IMG/VR virus record: IMGVR_UViG_3300045988_175656
Direction: 5' to 3' (one strand)
DNA length: 64,000 bases
DNA from: a virus
Both the position numbers and the translations under genes were made by a program. The notes beneath the pieces are model-generated. The model did not search any database. It had not been told where the DNA came from and saw only the letters and a program-made list of their open reading frames with translations. Shown here piece after piece: positions 18,101-26,942 of this stretch. The first letter of the stretch is position 1, and each line of letters begins with the position of its first letter.

Positions 18101-21100
18101 GGTAAAAAAGAATTGAGAGATGGGGAAATTGTTTTGAATTCATTGAATGGTCAACCAAATAGTATTGATAACTTCACAATACCTGAATTTCAAATTGTAG
18201 AAAATAGAGTTATGACCAGTTCATTATTTGGACACCCATTTTATTATATGCAAAATGGTAGCCTTATTGGAGAAGATGAATATGATAAAGTTCATAGAAT
18301 TTTAAGAAGTAAAGCCTTACTTTTTATAATGTCTTTACCAATTCAGTACAACCGTTTTAATATTGGTAAAAATGTTAAAAATGGTGGTATATTCAGAGTT
18401 CCTAAAGCGTTAACATTATTGATTGGTGGATTATTATGGCGTAAGAGATTATCTGATAAAAATAATATAGATGATGTATTCATTTATGATGATGGATTAC
18501 TTAAATTTACAAAGCCAAAATCGAATGGAAAAAGTTGTAATTCAATGTTGTATAATGCAAGCCGTTATGGGATGATTGATGTTAATTATTGGGGAATTAA
18601 CATATCTGATTATTTTGGATATGATATATTTTCATTAAGACCATCAATTAAAAATAAATTTATTGAAGTATTTGAGAATTGGGTTTCAGATGTTAATGGT
18701 TTTAAATTCATACAAAAAAATTATGAATTGTTTAATAGAAATGGAAGTTCATTAACAACTAAAAATTTGATAGATTATAGTAATGAATGGACACGAGCTT
18801 ATAGAAATGGTGAGTATGAAGCTGTGTTTAACCAACCAATAGCAATAAAAAGATTTCTAGATAAATTTAGTAATAGCTTTTTGGCTAATTATGCTTCATT
18901 TTATTCAGGTGAAGATATGAAATCTTTCAGATTGTTAAATCGTGAAGATACTCCTGTAATGGAAGCAGTGAAAAAGCTTTATTCTTCAACTGATATGGTA
19001 ACAATTGGTACTTATGCTGTATTAGGTACTGATTATGCTTATCCAAATCAAATTTCATTTGATATTGATTTAGCTAAGAGTTATTTTGGTTCTGTGATAA
19101 ATACTTTGGAGTCTATTGTGAATGATAAGGGAAGTACTGATACTAAAGAAGATGTGCCAACTGATTTATCAGATAATAGGGATATAAACATTGCAATGTA
19201 TAGTTATTTGAAAAATATATATGATAAATGGTTAACTGGTATTGATATTTCATTTTTTAATGTAGATAGATTTTTTAAGAAAAATTTCATATTTGTTGAT
19301 TCATTTTATAGAAATATTAGAAATAAAATGATTATAAATTGTGAATATTTTGCTAAAAGATATTATGAAATGGCAGATACAAGTACATTATATTCTTTTT
19401 TAGCTGATTTATATTCACATCATGGAATGCTATTTACTCCAATGTCACATTTCCTTAATTGGGCTGAAGAGGATGTTTTAAAAGATATGTTTAAGCCTAT
19501 GCCACATAATTCAATGCCACCAATTGAAGAAGATAATAAATTTATTTGTATGTATGTTCATGAACCGTCAAAAAATTTAAATATGGGTAGTGGCAATACA
19601 TCTTATGGATATAAATATGATGGTTTTGATATATGGACACCAAATGAAGGAACAAGTGTTCAACCAAGAATATTTACACAAGATAGTCAAAATACGAATG
19701 ATACAGTATTAGGGGATGTAGAAGAAACAAGGTATGCTTATAACATACCTGCTTTTGGTGTGGCATTTGGTAAGGCTAATCAATCTTATTTCAAAAATAT
19801 TTCAGTAAATATGGATAATCCCACTACTACTGAATATTCCATTAAAGCAATATGGAAAATTGCTGAATTAGCTAAAAATAGTACAACAAAAGTTCAATTT
19901 TTAGGACAAGATTTGTATGCAGTTTGGTCTAATTATTCTTTTACTTGTGAGGTGGAAATGTTAGGATGTGCACAAGTACAACCGTTAATGTATTTTCAAT
20001 TGTTAAATATTCCAATGTTTAGGGGAACATATATTATTACAAAAGTATCACATCATTTATCACCTGGTAATATGATAACAAGATTTACTGGCGTAAAATT
20101 GTCTAAAAATGGTCAGCCATTCAATACACAACCATTTGGTATGTTAGGAATATTATCTAAAAATGGAAGTGGATATTTTGGAGAATGGACTAAAAATTAT
20201 ACAACATCTTATGATAGTACATTACCAAATTCAATTGGTGATTATTATGTATATAATGACCCTGAAACAATAGTTGTTCCTTCAAATGATTGTGGTTGTG
20301 GTAAAGATAGTGGATGGGATGGTTTAAGTCCTATTATGAAAAAATTATTTTATGCTTTACGTGGTAGTGTTGAAAGCATTGAAGGTAATGAAGGTGGTAA
20401 GGAATGGACTATATGCATATCAAGTGGTCAAAGACCTGAAAGTGTTGGAAGTGACCATCAGTTTGGAAATGCTATGGATTTACAAATTAAAAGGAAAGGT
20501 GTTGTTATAGGCGCAGGTCAAGATAAAAAAGAATTGGGAATCGTGTTTGATATAATAGTAACTACTTATTCTGAGTATATAAATCAATTGATTATGGAAT
20601 ATAAAACTAGTTCTATTATGATGAATAATTTTAATATGTTTCATACTATTCACTTTTCTTCATATGGCAAAAATGCTGAAAGAAATAAAAAAATGATTTG
20701 GCAAGCATATTCTCCATCAGGAAGCAATGTAAGAGCATTTTTTAAGCAACCATCATGGAAATATGATACAGATTATTCATCTACAAATCAAATTGATTGG
20801 AATAAACAAATTGGTTTTAGTATTAACGAAGATGTTATAACAAGCGATTTCACAAGTAGTCCTTTTCTTAAAACGAATGATAAAGAAGATGAAAATGTTA
20901 AAAAATCTAATGAAGCTTTATCTTATATTTCTCCTTATTATAAGGAGACTAGTAAAAAACGTGTATATAGTTTTTTACCAAATAGATTGATTGATTTTAA
21001 GAAAATATTTACATCTTATAGTAATGTTGATGATACAACTTTAAAATATTTTTTAGGCATAAATAATACTTTATTTGGATTATCTTATTTAACTAAAAAT

Positions 21101-21712
21101 AAAAGTACATCAGGCTACACATCACAAAAAAGATGTAATGATGTAAATGCATTTGTTAATAGATTGGAACAAATATCTCAACAATGGAAATTTAACCCTA
21201 ATTGGTTAATGATTGTTATGGCATCAGAAAGTGGTCTAGACCCATCAGCATATAATAGTAGTGGTGGAGCAACTGGATTAATACAATTCATGCCATCTTA
21301 CTATAAAGATAAATGGAATTTGACTTCTGAACAAATGAGAAGTATGGATGCAACTAAACAATTGGAATATGTTAGTAAATATTTTTCTGAATGGAAAGAT
21401 GCTAAATATATTCATCCAGTTGATATGTATTTGATAACATTAGCTCCTGCTGTATTATTTGTTAATAATCGTAACGCAAATAGTGTTGTATATTCATCAG
21501 ATAGTGCTAATCACCCAAGTATAATACCTTCTTTATCATCAGGAAGTACATCTGAGTATAATGGCAATAAAGGATTTGATGTTGATAATAAAGGGTATAT
21601 AACAATTAAAGATGTTCAAAATAGGTTTGTAAAGAAAGCATATGAATTTGCTAAAACTGAAGATGAAAAAACACAGTTAAATTATATTTTATCTTCATCA
21701 ACTTATGTTTAA
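15131..21712 (+). CDS. giant virion-associated peptidoglycan hydrolase (C-terminal M15-type peptidase plus SLT lytic transglycosylase)
   Basis: 2193 aa. SGQRPESVGSDHQFGNAMDL (20423-20479) matches the LAS/M15 motif SG(Y/F)R...SxHxxGxAxD. MASESGLDPSAYNSSGGATGLIQFMP (catalytic Glu codon at 21227) matches the SLT motif ES...GLMQ. Confidence 0.8.
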   Translation: MAEKDQDVFKTSKSRIVYTEPNFVNGVTANGVDLSVPLEDLCISVNLIAEVKPRYASDLNNGNSEIQILSWGTNDSEKVSFFSGIKLDRNSDDRYLTSYFTDITYDDSKNGKVIEGLGIDSIDINFESWYTPTVVIKFVDVRGSSMLVPNEYDDENKSSSYYTGEKLYKCFFTFPYPKFKLLVKGFYGKPVTFQLTCSKFTGSFNSQNGNFEATATFIGYNYSLLTDIQFQYLIAAPYDTYYGQKYFNNNRSSEAWLLSDGSEMPTLRELVYKIDSAMGIIDKKMSTDPNVIQNRAIANENEALQNIQKAYNDMMRQFQNDYSNVVTSNEKQIVFGFDSGDDIKPIEYTKDYIRYQNIFIDLINDYNGNESYKSRMIDKSKLPNGTNVKLVEGDKFIPVKTFTITKKNNLIENIAVVNNSVGNTVDKALKNRTFNDKRTLNDILIKDISTKCTNKSTKIKEYIYLYNINGFSEEIVTKLVDCDNRMAAIQRDVDIFVKNAVKETVGFVPTIGNMSKIIFAHLETFLQSMKHCVDNINGEIKNGGRTLSSYKIDLKDTDLNYVDNNNPIPPFPLYLDRGSKTQYCGDKDDNMDVIGWIGDVKGDCEEVSLIYGYTKAMETISEINKSNRRELDNHGKVQEYVPISPIDLNFDKGPFTYSNVDGETLEDFIGHIGLRATLLFGYLFNLKDNSTFDKSKMSLFAEQAGKADAYNYYLRGMTKDEINERILSKLGKSGERSVDDIIEVLQCSENKFSQYFQGSKSSHYVFELIKGGTHYDMSRNSMLLKSTNNSLIYNYIFVNKIDNDQKNDLFLLPTSPNNFTGYIGEYAKEGNPFRIPSFNGNINTSCITLNDQDIAPNYNGTVDMEKYTNPSVCNIFTENNDVEKLMNYYNLLKSGEINVRDYKKASDLSSLADLLWHVDDKDMSSFYDINWGGSGVNTTSWGATVGSMPLYNQILYDKFDSEKQLKILPSSISKAMEVKDIKIWSFKDWYGKKELRDGEIVLNSLNGQPNSIDNFTIPEFQIVENRVMTSSLFGHPFYYMQNGSLIGEDEYDKVHRILRSKALLFIMSLPIQYNRFNIGKNVKNGGIFRVPKALTLLIGGLLWRKRLSDKNNIDDVFIYDDGLLKFTKPKSNGKSCNSMLYNASRYGMIDVNYWGINISDYFGYDIFSLRPSIKNKFIEVFENWVSDVNGFKFIQKNYELFNRNGSSLTTKNLIDYSNEWTRAYRNGEYEAVFNQPIAIKRFLDKFSNSFLANYASFYSGEDMKSFRLLNREDTPVMEAVKKLYSSTDMVTIGTYAVLGTDYAYPNQISFDIDLAKSYFGSVINTLESIVNDKGSTDTKEDVPTDLSDNRDINIAMYSYLKNIYDKWLTGIDISFFNVDRFFKKNFIFVDSFYRNIRNKMIINCEYFAKRYYEMADTSTLYSFLADLYSHHGMLFTPMSHFLNWAEEDVLKDMFKPMPHNSMPPIEEDNKFICMYVHEPSKNLNMGSGNTSYGYKYDGFDIWTPNEGTSVQPRIFTQDSQNTNDTVLGDVEETRYAYNIPAFGVAFGKANQSYFKNISVNMDNPTTTEYSIKAIWKIAELAKNSTTKVQFLGQDLYAVWSNYSFTCEVEMLGCAQVQPLMYFQLLNIPMFRGTYIITKVSHHLSPGNMITRFTGVKLSKNGQPFNTQPFGMLGILSKNGSGYFGEWTKNYTTSYDSTLPNSIGDYYVYNDPETIVVPSNDCGCGKDSGWDGLSPIMKKLFYALRGSVESIEGNEGGKEWTICISSGQRPESVGSDHQFGNAMDLQIKRKGVVIGAGQDKKELGIVFDIIVTTYSEYINQLIMEYKTSSIMMNNFNMFHTIHFSSYGKNAERNKKMIWQAYSPSGSNVRAFFKQPSWKYDTDYSSTNQIDWNKQIGFSINEDVITSDFTSSPFLKTNDKEDENVKKSNEALSYISPYYKETSKKRVYSFLPNRLIDFKKIFTSYSNVDDTTLKYFLGINNTLFGLSYLTKNKSTSGYTSQKRCNDVNAFVNRLEQISQQWKFNPNWLMIVMASESGLDPSAYNSSGGATGLIQFMPSYYKDKWNLTSEQMRSMDATKQLEYVSKYFSEWKDAKYIHPVDMYLITLAPAVLFVNNRNANSVVYSSDSANHPSIIPSLSSGSTSEYNGNKGFDVDNKGYITIKDVQNRFVKKAYEFAKTEDEKTQLNYILSSSTYV

Positions 21713-21714
21713 CA

Positions 21715-21746
21715 TTTGCATATATGAAAAATTTGTGGTATATTTG
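21715..21746 (+). promoter_or_regulatory. Bacteroidota-type promoter (TTTG-N20-TATATTTG)
   Basis: TTTG at 21715-21718 and TATATTTG at 21739-21746, 33 nt before the ATG at 21780. Confidence 0.7.
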
Positions 21747-21779
21747 CAGTATAGTTATGGATTTTATAAATAATAAACC

Positions 21780-22373
21780 ATGTGTATTGCAAATATAGTC
21801 ACAAAAAGAAAAGTAACATTTGATTCATTGATTTGTAAATGTAAGAGTATTAATGATATAGATTCAACAAAACCAACTCTTATTATAGGGTGGGAAGAAG
21901 TTAAATCAATATATGGGAAGGATATATCCATATTGGAAAAACAAATTAATGAAAAAGTATTCTGGACATTTGATAAAACTGAAAGAAGAAATGATTATGA
22001 AAAAGATATAAATGCTTTTTATTATTTCATTATTAAAGACTTAATAAAAAATGTTAAATATTCATTTATTAATGTTATAACAGCACAATATTCCTTAATA
22101 AAGAGATTTCTTAATTTTGTTAAGGGAAACAAAACAAAGTATATATATATTGATAATAATAGATTTGTGTTCATATATTGTGATGGTGTTGTATGTGGAA
22201 TATCTTTAGATGATTTGAGATATATGGATATTAACATTAATAAATGTTTAAATATATTAAAATCTAATTCAAATAATCATATTGTAGAGAATGATTCGTT
22301 TCTTTCAATTAAATTAAAACGTATAATTGGTGATGATAAAATGATAATACCTTATTTATACTCAATTATTTAG
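21780..22373 (+). CDS. hypothetical early protein
   Basis: 197-aa ORF, first gene behind a host-type promoter. No family recognised. Confidence 0.6.
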   Translation: MCIANIVTKRKVTFDSLICKCKSINDIDSTKPTLIIGWEEVKSIYGKDISILEKQINEKVFWTFDKTERRNDYEKDINAFYYFIIKDLIKNVKYSFINVITAQYSLIKRFLNFVKGNKTKYIYIDNNRFVFIYCDGVVCGISLDDLRYMDININKCLNILKSNSNNHIVENDSFLSIKLKRIIGDDKMIIPYLYSII

Positions 22374-22408
22374 ATTTATGAAATATTTATCTAAAAAAGT
22401 AATAATAT

Positions 22409-22690
22409 ATGGCACAACGTTTTTTTAATAAGACTACACGTGTAAAATACGTTAGACCTTATAGTAATAATGCAATGGTGAAAGCTGAAGCTATTGCAGA
22501 AAATAAAGAAGAAATTATGATTGATAATAAAAAAATAGAACAAGTAGAAGATTTACTTAACAATATGGAAGGTAAACCAATGCCAAAACAAAGAGTTAAA
22601 GTTGATAAAAAAGACAAAGGCATTATTGAAAGAACTGAAAACTCAAAAATAGTTCTAACTGAAGATAATAAGATGGTATTAAACGACTAA
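22409..22690 (+). CDS. hypothetical early protein
   Basis: 93-aa ORF in the same short operon. Confidence 0.55.
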   Translation: MAQRFFNKTTRVKYVRPYSNNAMVKAEAIAENKEEIMIDNKKIEQVEDLLNNMEGKPMPKQRVKVDKKDKGIIERTENSKIVLTEDNKMVLND

Positions 22691-22697
22691 TTTTCCA

Positions 22698-23486
22698 ATG
22701 GATAAAAAGTATTTAAAAGAACATAATCTACTTGAATCCCAACAAAAGTTTAAACAATTATGTGAATATACATTCATTAGTACACCATTAGCTGAAGATG
22801 ATGATGACATGGATAATAGTCAGAATCCTCAACAGGGCGGTAATAATCAACAAATGCCACCTATGGATAATAATGGTAGCAATATGCCACCAATGAATGA
22901 TATGCCCCCACAAAATAGTCAAGACCAAGATATGCCACAAGATGATTCTATGACAGGTGGCGAAGTACCTAATGGTGGTGAATTAGGAGATACTTTACCT
23001 GATGATTTGGGTGGTGAGGATGACACAGAAGTTGTTGATATGGAAGGTGATGATGAAGAAGTCATTGATGTTGATGATTTGACAAATTCACAAGAAGAAA
23101 CAGAACACAAGGTTGAAGATGCTAATATGAAAATTCAACAAGTTATGGATAAAATAGATTCATTTCTTGGCGCATTGAAAGCAAATGATGAAAAAATAGC
23201 TGATTTGACACATGAATTCCAAAAACGTGTGCCAACTGAAACTGAAAAATTAAATTTACGTTCACAAGCTTCATATCCTTATTCTATAAAGCCAAAAGAT
23301 TATTGGGATGATAAAGCAACTTCTTCTAATTATGATGTAATGTATGATAATGATGTTGCACCTGATAAAGAAGAGAAGGAATATACAATCAAGCAATCTG
23401 ACATTAGTGGTGGAAATGCCAAAAGCATAGCAGACACTTTTGATGTTAAAGATGATATGGATTTGGAGAAGATATTTGGTGTGTAA
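22698..23486 (+). CDS. hypothetical highly acidic protein with MPP-repeat disordered region
   Basis: 262 aa. Contains MPPMDNNGSNMPPMNDMPPQNSQDQDMPQDD followed by GGEDDTEVVDMEGDDEEVIDVDD. The operon ends at a strong terminator. Confidence 0.6.
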   Translation: MDKKYLKEHNLLESQQKFKQLCEYTFISTPLAEDDDDMDNSQNPQQGGNNQQMPPMDNNGSNMPPMNDMPPQNSQDQDMPQDDSMTGGEVPNGGELGDTLPDDLGGEDDTEVVDMEGDDEEVIDVDDLTNSQEETEHKVEDANMKIQQVMDKIDSFLGALKANDEKIADLTHEFQKRVPTETEKLNLRSQASYPYSIKPKDYWDDKATSSNYDVMYDNDVAPDKEEKEYTIKQSDISGGNAKSIADTFDVKDDMDLEKIFGV

Positions 23487-23509
23487 TAAACATTTACAAA
23501 TATAATTTG

Positions 23510-23551
23510 ATAATGGTCAATAATTTAATATTTATTGACCATTATTTTTTT
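23510..23551 (+). terminator. intrinsic terminator
   Basis: Perfect 14-bp stem ATAATGGTCAATAA / TTATTGACCATTAT, 8-nt loop, then T7. Confidence 0.8.
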
Positions 23552-23581
23552 GTAAAAGTGGTAAGTATGGAAAATAAGTCG

Positions 23582-23589
23582 TATATTTG
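23582..23589 (+). promoter_or_regulatory. Bacteroidota-type -7 box TATATTTG
   Basis: The context is CGTATATTTGCAA, 71 nt before the SSB start. No well-spaced -33 TTTG is present. Confidence 0.55.
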
Positions 23590-23660
23590 CAATGTAATTT
23601 AAGTCGGCTGAATTATAAATAAATTTTAATAGAATAATAAAATAAAAAAGTTAAGTATTA

Positions 23661-24662
23661 ATGGAAAATGTTAATATCCCACAAGATAGTATTTGGGCAC
23701 AAAAAGATGAAATAGATTCTAAGAAAGTCTATAAAAAAGTAAATTTTGATACAAAAAATTATTTAAACGTTAAGTTAAAAGACAGCGAAGTTACACGAAC
23801 AGTAACAATTAGATTATTGCCTTTCACTCCTGAAGGTGGTAGCCCATTCCACTTAATCCATTCACATGGTATTAAGGTTAATAAAGAATTAGCCCCACAA
23901 TCAGCAAAACCATATAAAGCATATGTATGTTGTAAACATACAACAGAACTACATGAAAAATATGGAAACAAATGTGCAATTTGTGATGCTCATGACGAAT
24001 TTAGTCGCAAGATGAAAACGGCTGAGACAGAGGAAAAGAAAAAAATGTATTCTGATTTGGAGTTCCAAACTAGAAAATCTGAAAGTTGGATTGTTCGATG
24101 TATTGAGCGAGGTAAAGAAGATGAAGGTGTTAAATTTTGGAAATTTAACGTTTCAAAGAAAAATGATGGTATTTATGACAAATTATTTAATTTGTTTAAA
24201 TTAAGAAATGATGAAGCTTTAAATGATGGTGATAAGGAAGGGTATAATATATTCGACTTATATAAAGGTAAGGATTTAGTTCTTACTTTGACAAAAGCAA
24301 CAGACGGAAAAGTAAGTATTAGTATTGCTGATGCTGGTAGACCATCTGCTTTATCAAAAGACCCTGAGAAAATAAAGGAATGGGTTAATGACCCAAAACA
24401 ATGGACAGATGTTTATGGTGTAAAAACTTATGATTATCTAAAAGTTGCTTTAGCAGGAGAAGTACCTTATTTTGACCAAGATTCAAAAACTTTTATTTCA
24501 AAGAAAGAATTTGAAGCTAAAAATAAACAGGAAACTGAAAAAACTGAACAAGAAATAATCGAAGAAGCAGCAGCAATTCAAAAAGCTGCAAATGCAACTG
24601 AAGATGAAGAATTGAGTCAGGTTGAAACGATTGAAGGACCTGCTGATGACCTTCCATTCTAA
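23661..24662 (+). CDS. gp32-like single-stranded DNA-binding protein
   Basis: VTIRLLPF...PFHLIHSHGIK...CCKHTTELHEKYGNKCAICD (Zn-finger-like) and SWIVRCIERGKEDEGVKFWKFNVSKK parallel T4 gp32 blocks. The acidic C-terminus ends in DDLPF. Confidence 0.85.
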   Translation: MENVNIPQDSIWAQKDEIDSKKVYKKVNFDTKNYLNVKLKDSEVTRTVTIRLLPFTPEGGSPFHLIHSHGIKVNKELAPQSAKPYKAYVCCKHTTELHEKYGNKCAICDAHDEFSRKMKTAETEEKKKMYSDLEFQTRKSESWIVRCIERGKEDEGVKFWKFNVSKKNDGIYDKLFNLFKLRNDEALNDGDKEGYNIFDLYKGKDLVLTLTKATDGKVSISIADAGRPSALSKDPEKIKEWVNDPKQWTDVYGVKTYDYLKVALAGEVPYFDQDSKTFISKKEFEAKNKQETEKTEQEIIEEAAAIQKAANATEDEELSQVETIEGPADDLPF

Positions 24663-24683
24663 AAGAATGTATTATGAGAAATT

Positions 24684-24710
24684 CTGACCAAAATTATTTT
24701 GGTCAGTTTT
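24684..24710 (+). terminator. intrinsic terminator after the SSB gene
   Basis: 10-bp stem CTGACCAAAA / TTTTGGTCAG, 3-nt loop, then TTTT. Confidence 0.75.
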
Positions 24711-24732
24711 CCTCTAATAATTAAATGTAAAT

Positions 24733-25344
24733 ATGGCGAAATTATATTACTATTACGGAACAATGGGTTCGACAAAAACTCTAACTTTACTTACATCAGC
24801 ATATCAATTTGAGGAAAAAAATATACCATTTTTGTGTATGAAACCATCAGTTGATACAAGATGCGAAGAAAATATGATTGAATCAAGAGTCGGTGTTAAG
24901 AGAACCTGTGTTACCATACACCCATCATATAACATATATTCATTGGTTGATAAATATAATCAATCAAGTGATGCAATACTTCAAGATAAACTAAAATGGA
25001 TATTAATTGATGAAGCTCAGTTTTTGACTGAAGAACAAATTGACCAACTTGCAGCAATTGTTGATGAATTTGATATTAATGTTAGCTGTTATGGACTAAG
25101 AACCGATTTTAAATCTAGTCTATTTCCAGGCTCTAAACGTTTATTTGAATTGGCAGATACAATTGAAGAAATTAAGTCACCTTGTTCATGCGGAAGAAAA
25201 AGTATTATCAATGCTCGTATTGATGCTAATGGAAAATTAGTTATATCAGGAAAACAAGTAATGATTGGTGGAGATGACAGCTATATACCTTTGTGTCGTA
25301 AATGCTGGAAAGAAAGAATAACAAAAGAAAATACTAACGTTTAA
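24733..25344 (+). CDS. tdk: thymidine kinase
   Basis: Collinear with E. coli-type TK: MAKLYYYYGTMGSTKT..., ILIDEAQFLT, CYGLRTDFKSSLFPGS, C.CGRK...IGG...Y..LCRKC. The P-loop has Thr where the GK Gly is usual. Confidence 0.9.
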   Translation: MAKLYYYYGTMGSTKTLTLLTSAYQFEEKNIPFLCMKPSVDTRCEENMIESRVGVKRTCVTIHPSYNIYSLVDKYNQSSDAILQDKLKWILIDEAQFLTEEQIDQLAAIVDEFDINVSCYGLRTDFKSSLFPGSKRLFELADTIEEIKSPCSCGRKSIINARIDANGKLVISGKQVMIGGDDSYIPLCRKCWKERITKENTNV

Positions 25345-26535
25345 ATGGCTAAACAAGCAATTAAAAAGAAAGATGTCAGTGCATTTGACATCAAATCAAT
25401 TAAAAATGAAATAGGTATTGGGGTCGAAACTTCAAAGGATATAAAGAAAAGTAACTCTGATAAGCCTTTGGAATGGATAACTTTACCAGAAGCTTATCAA
25501 GAAGCGGTTAAGTTACCAGGTATTCCAATGGGGTATTTAACATTGTGTAGAGGATGGTCAGATACAGGTAAATCTACACTTAAAAATTGTATCATTGCTT
25601 CAGCAATGAGAATGGGGATTATTCCTGTTATTTATGAAACAGAAGGTAACTTCGATTTCCAACATGCGGTTGATTGCGGTATGGAAGCAGAACCCGTGTA
25701 TGGAGAGGTGGAAGTAGTAGATGAAGAAACAGGGGAAATCAGAGTAGAAACACAAGTTATAAATTATGATGGTAACTTCATTTATTTTGACAATGATTTG
25801 TTAGCAAAAACGTATGGTAATAGAGATTACGATACTTCAACAAATAAAAAAGAATATAGAACTTATCCAGTCATTGAGGATATTGCATATAGTATGAATT
25901 GCCTTTTGGATATGCAAGATGAAGGAAAATTAAATAAACCATTATTGTTTATTTGGGATAGTATTGGAACAGTAACTTCTTGGAAGAGCTATAAAAGTAA
26001 AGCAGGTGGTAATCCAATGAATGAAGCAGCAGCATTAACAAATGCATTCAATATTATTACAAATGTTAGAATACCTAATTCTAGAAAGATGGCAAACCCT
26101 TATACTAATACAATGTTTTGCGTTAATAAGATTTGGAATGATGGAATGAATTCTATGAATGGTTTACCTTCTTTGGAGTTGAAAGGTGGTAAAAGTATGT
26201 ATTTCAGTTGTCGATTATTAATTCATGTTGGTGGACAAGCAAAGGCTTCAACTAAAAAATTGAAAGCTACATTAAAAGGTGAAGAATATAAGTATGGTAT
26301 GGTTACTAAGATTGAAATTGTTAAGAACCATTTACCAACTCCATATAATGTAACTTATAAAGGTGAAATTTGTTGTGTTCATAGTGGAATTATTGGCGTT
26401 GATGACATTGACAAATACAAGAAAGAACAAATTCCATTAATTATGGAAAGATTGAAAGCAAATACAGATGTTGATTTCTCAAATGTGGATGAATCTGATA
26501 TTAAGTTTGAGGAAGAAGATGAAATGGAATCTTAA
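25345..26535 (+). CDS. RecA/UvsX-family recombinase-like ATPase
   Basis: Walker A GWSDTGKST. VIYETEGNFD resembles RecA FIDAEHALD. FIWDSIGTV is Walker B-like. LKGGKSMYFSCRLLIHVGG resembles RecA GGNALKFYASVRL. Confidence 0.65.
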   Translation: MAKQAIKKKDVSAFDIKSIKNEIGIGVETSKDIKKSNSDKPLEWITLPEAYQEAVKLPGIPMGYLTLCRGWSDTGKSTLKNCIIASAMRMGIIPVIYETEGNFDFQHAVDCGMEAEPVYGEVEVVDEETGEIRVETQVINYDGNFIYFDNDLLAKTYGNRDYDTSTNKKEYRTYPVIEDIAYSMNCLLDMQDEGKLNKPLLFIWDSIGTVTSWKSYKSKAGGNPMNEAAALTNAFNIITNVRIPNSRKMANPYTNTMFCVNKIWNDGMNSMNGLPSLELKGGKSMYFSCRLLIHVGGQAKASTKKLKATLKGEEYKYGMVTKIEIVKNHLPTPYNVTYKGEICCVHSGIIGVDDIDKYKKEQIPLIMERLKANTDVDFSNVDESDIKFEEEDEMES

Positions 26536-26561
26536 TTGTTTAATTTTTAAAAATTATAAAA

Positions 26562-26942
26562 ATGAAAGTTTTACTTAAAAAAGAAGGATATTTTGAGTTT
26601 GATGAAACAAAATTCACTAAAATTCCTAGTGATGTATTTAATGCGATGGCAACTACTTCGTTTGAAATTGTTGAAAAAGTAGATAGTAATATTCCTGAAG
26701 TATTATATTTTAAGAATATGAAAGATTATATGACACATGCTTCAAGTGAGAAATATATTTTTGATAAAACAAAAGATGTTTTTGTTTCACAAAAAGGTGA
26801 AATATTTGTGTATTTAAATTCTGTTATAAAATCAGGTAGTGTTATAGTTGATAACAAAGGGTTATCTTCAACAATAACTGCAAAAGATATTAAGTCAAAT
26901 GTCACAACCAATTCCGAAAAAGATAGTACAGGCAAAGCCTGA
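26562..26942 (+). CDS. hypothetical protein
   Basis: 126-aa ORF. Its 3' end overlaps the next start by 44 nt. Confidence 0.5.
   Translation: MKVLLKKEGYFEFDETKFTKIPSDVFNAMATTSFEIVEKVDSNIPEVLYFKNMKDYMTHASSEKYIFDKTKDVFVSQKGEIFVYLNSVIKSGSVIVDNKGLSSTITAKDIKSNVTTNSEKDSTGKA

Noticed and set aside
82-21712. Interpretation as a tailocin, extracellular contractile injection system or T6SS locus rather than a phage.
   Set aside because: The same contiguous sequence encodes gp32-like SSB, helicase, primase, RNR, TK, an endolysin and a sigma factor. That is a replicating phage genome.
21788-21797. Inverted copy of the promoter box (TGCAAATATA) just inside the start of gene 21780-22373. It can pair with the plus-strand box at 21739-21748.
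   Set aside because: There is no minus-strand gene to drive and no -33 element. A single 10-nt match in AT-rich sequence cannot be distinguished from chance.
24733-25344. Thymidine kinase as a pseudogene, because its P-loop reads GTMGSTKT and lacks the usual Gly before Lys.
   Set aside because: The ORF is full length and all other TK blocks, including the Zn-binding cysteines, are intact. This is probably a tolerated variant, and I cannot judge activity from sequence.
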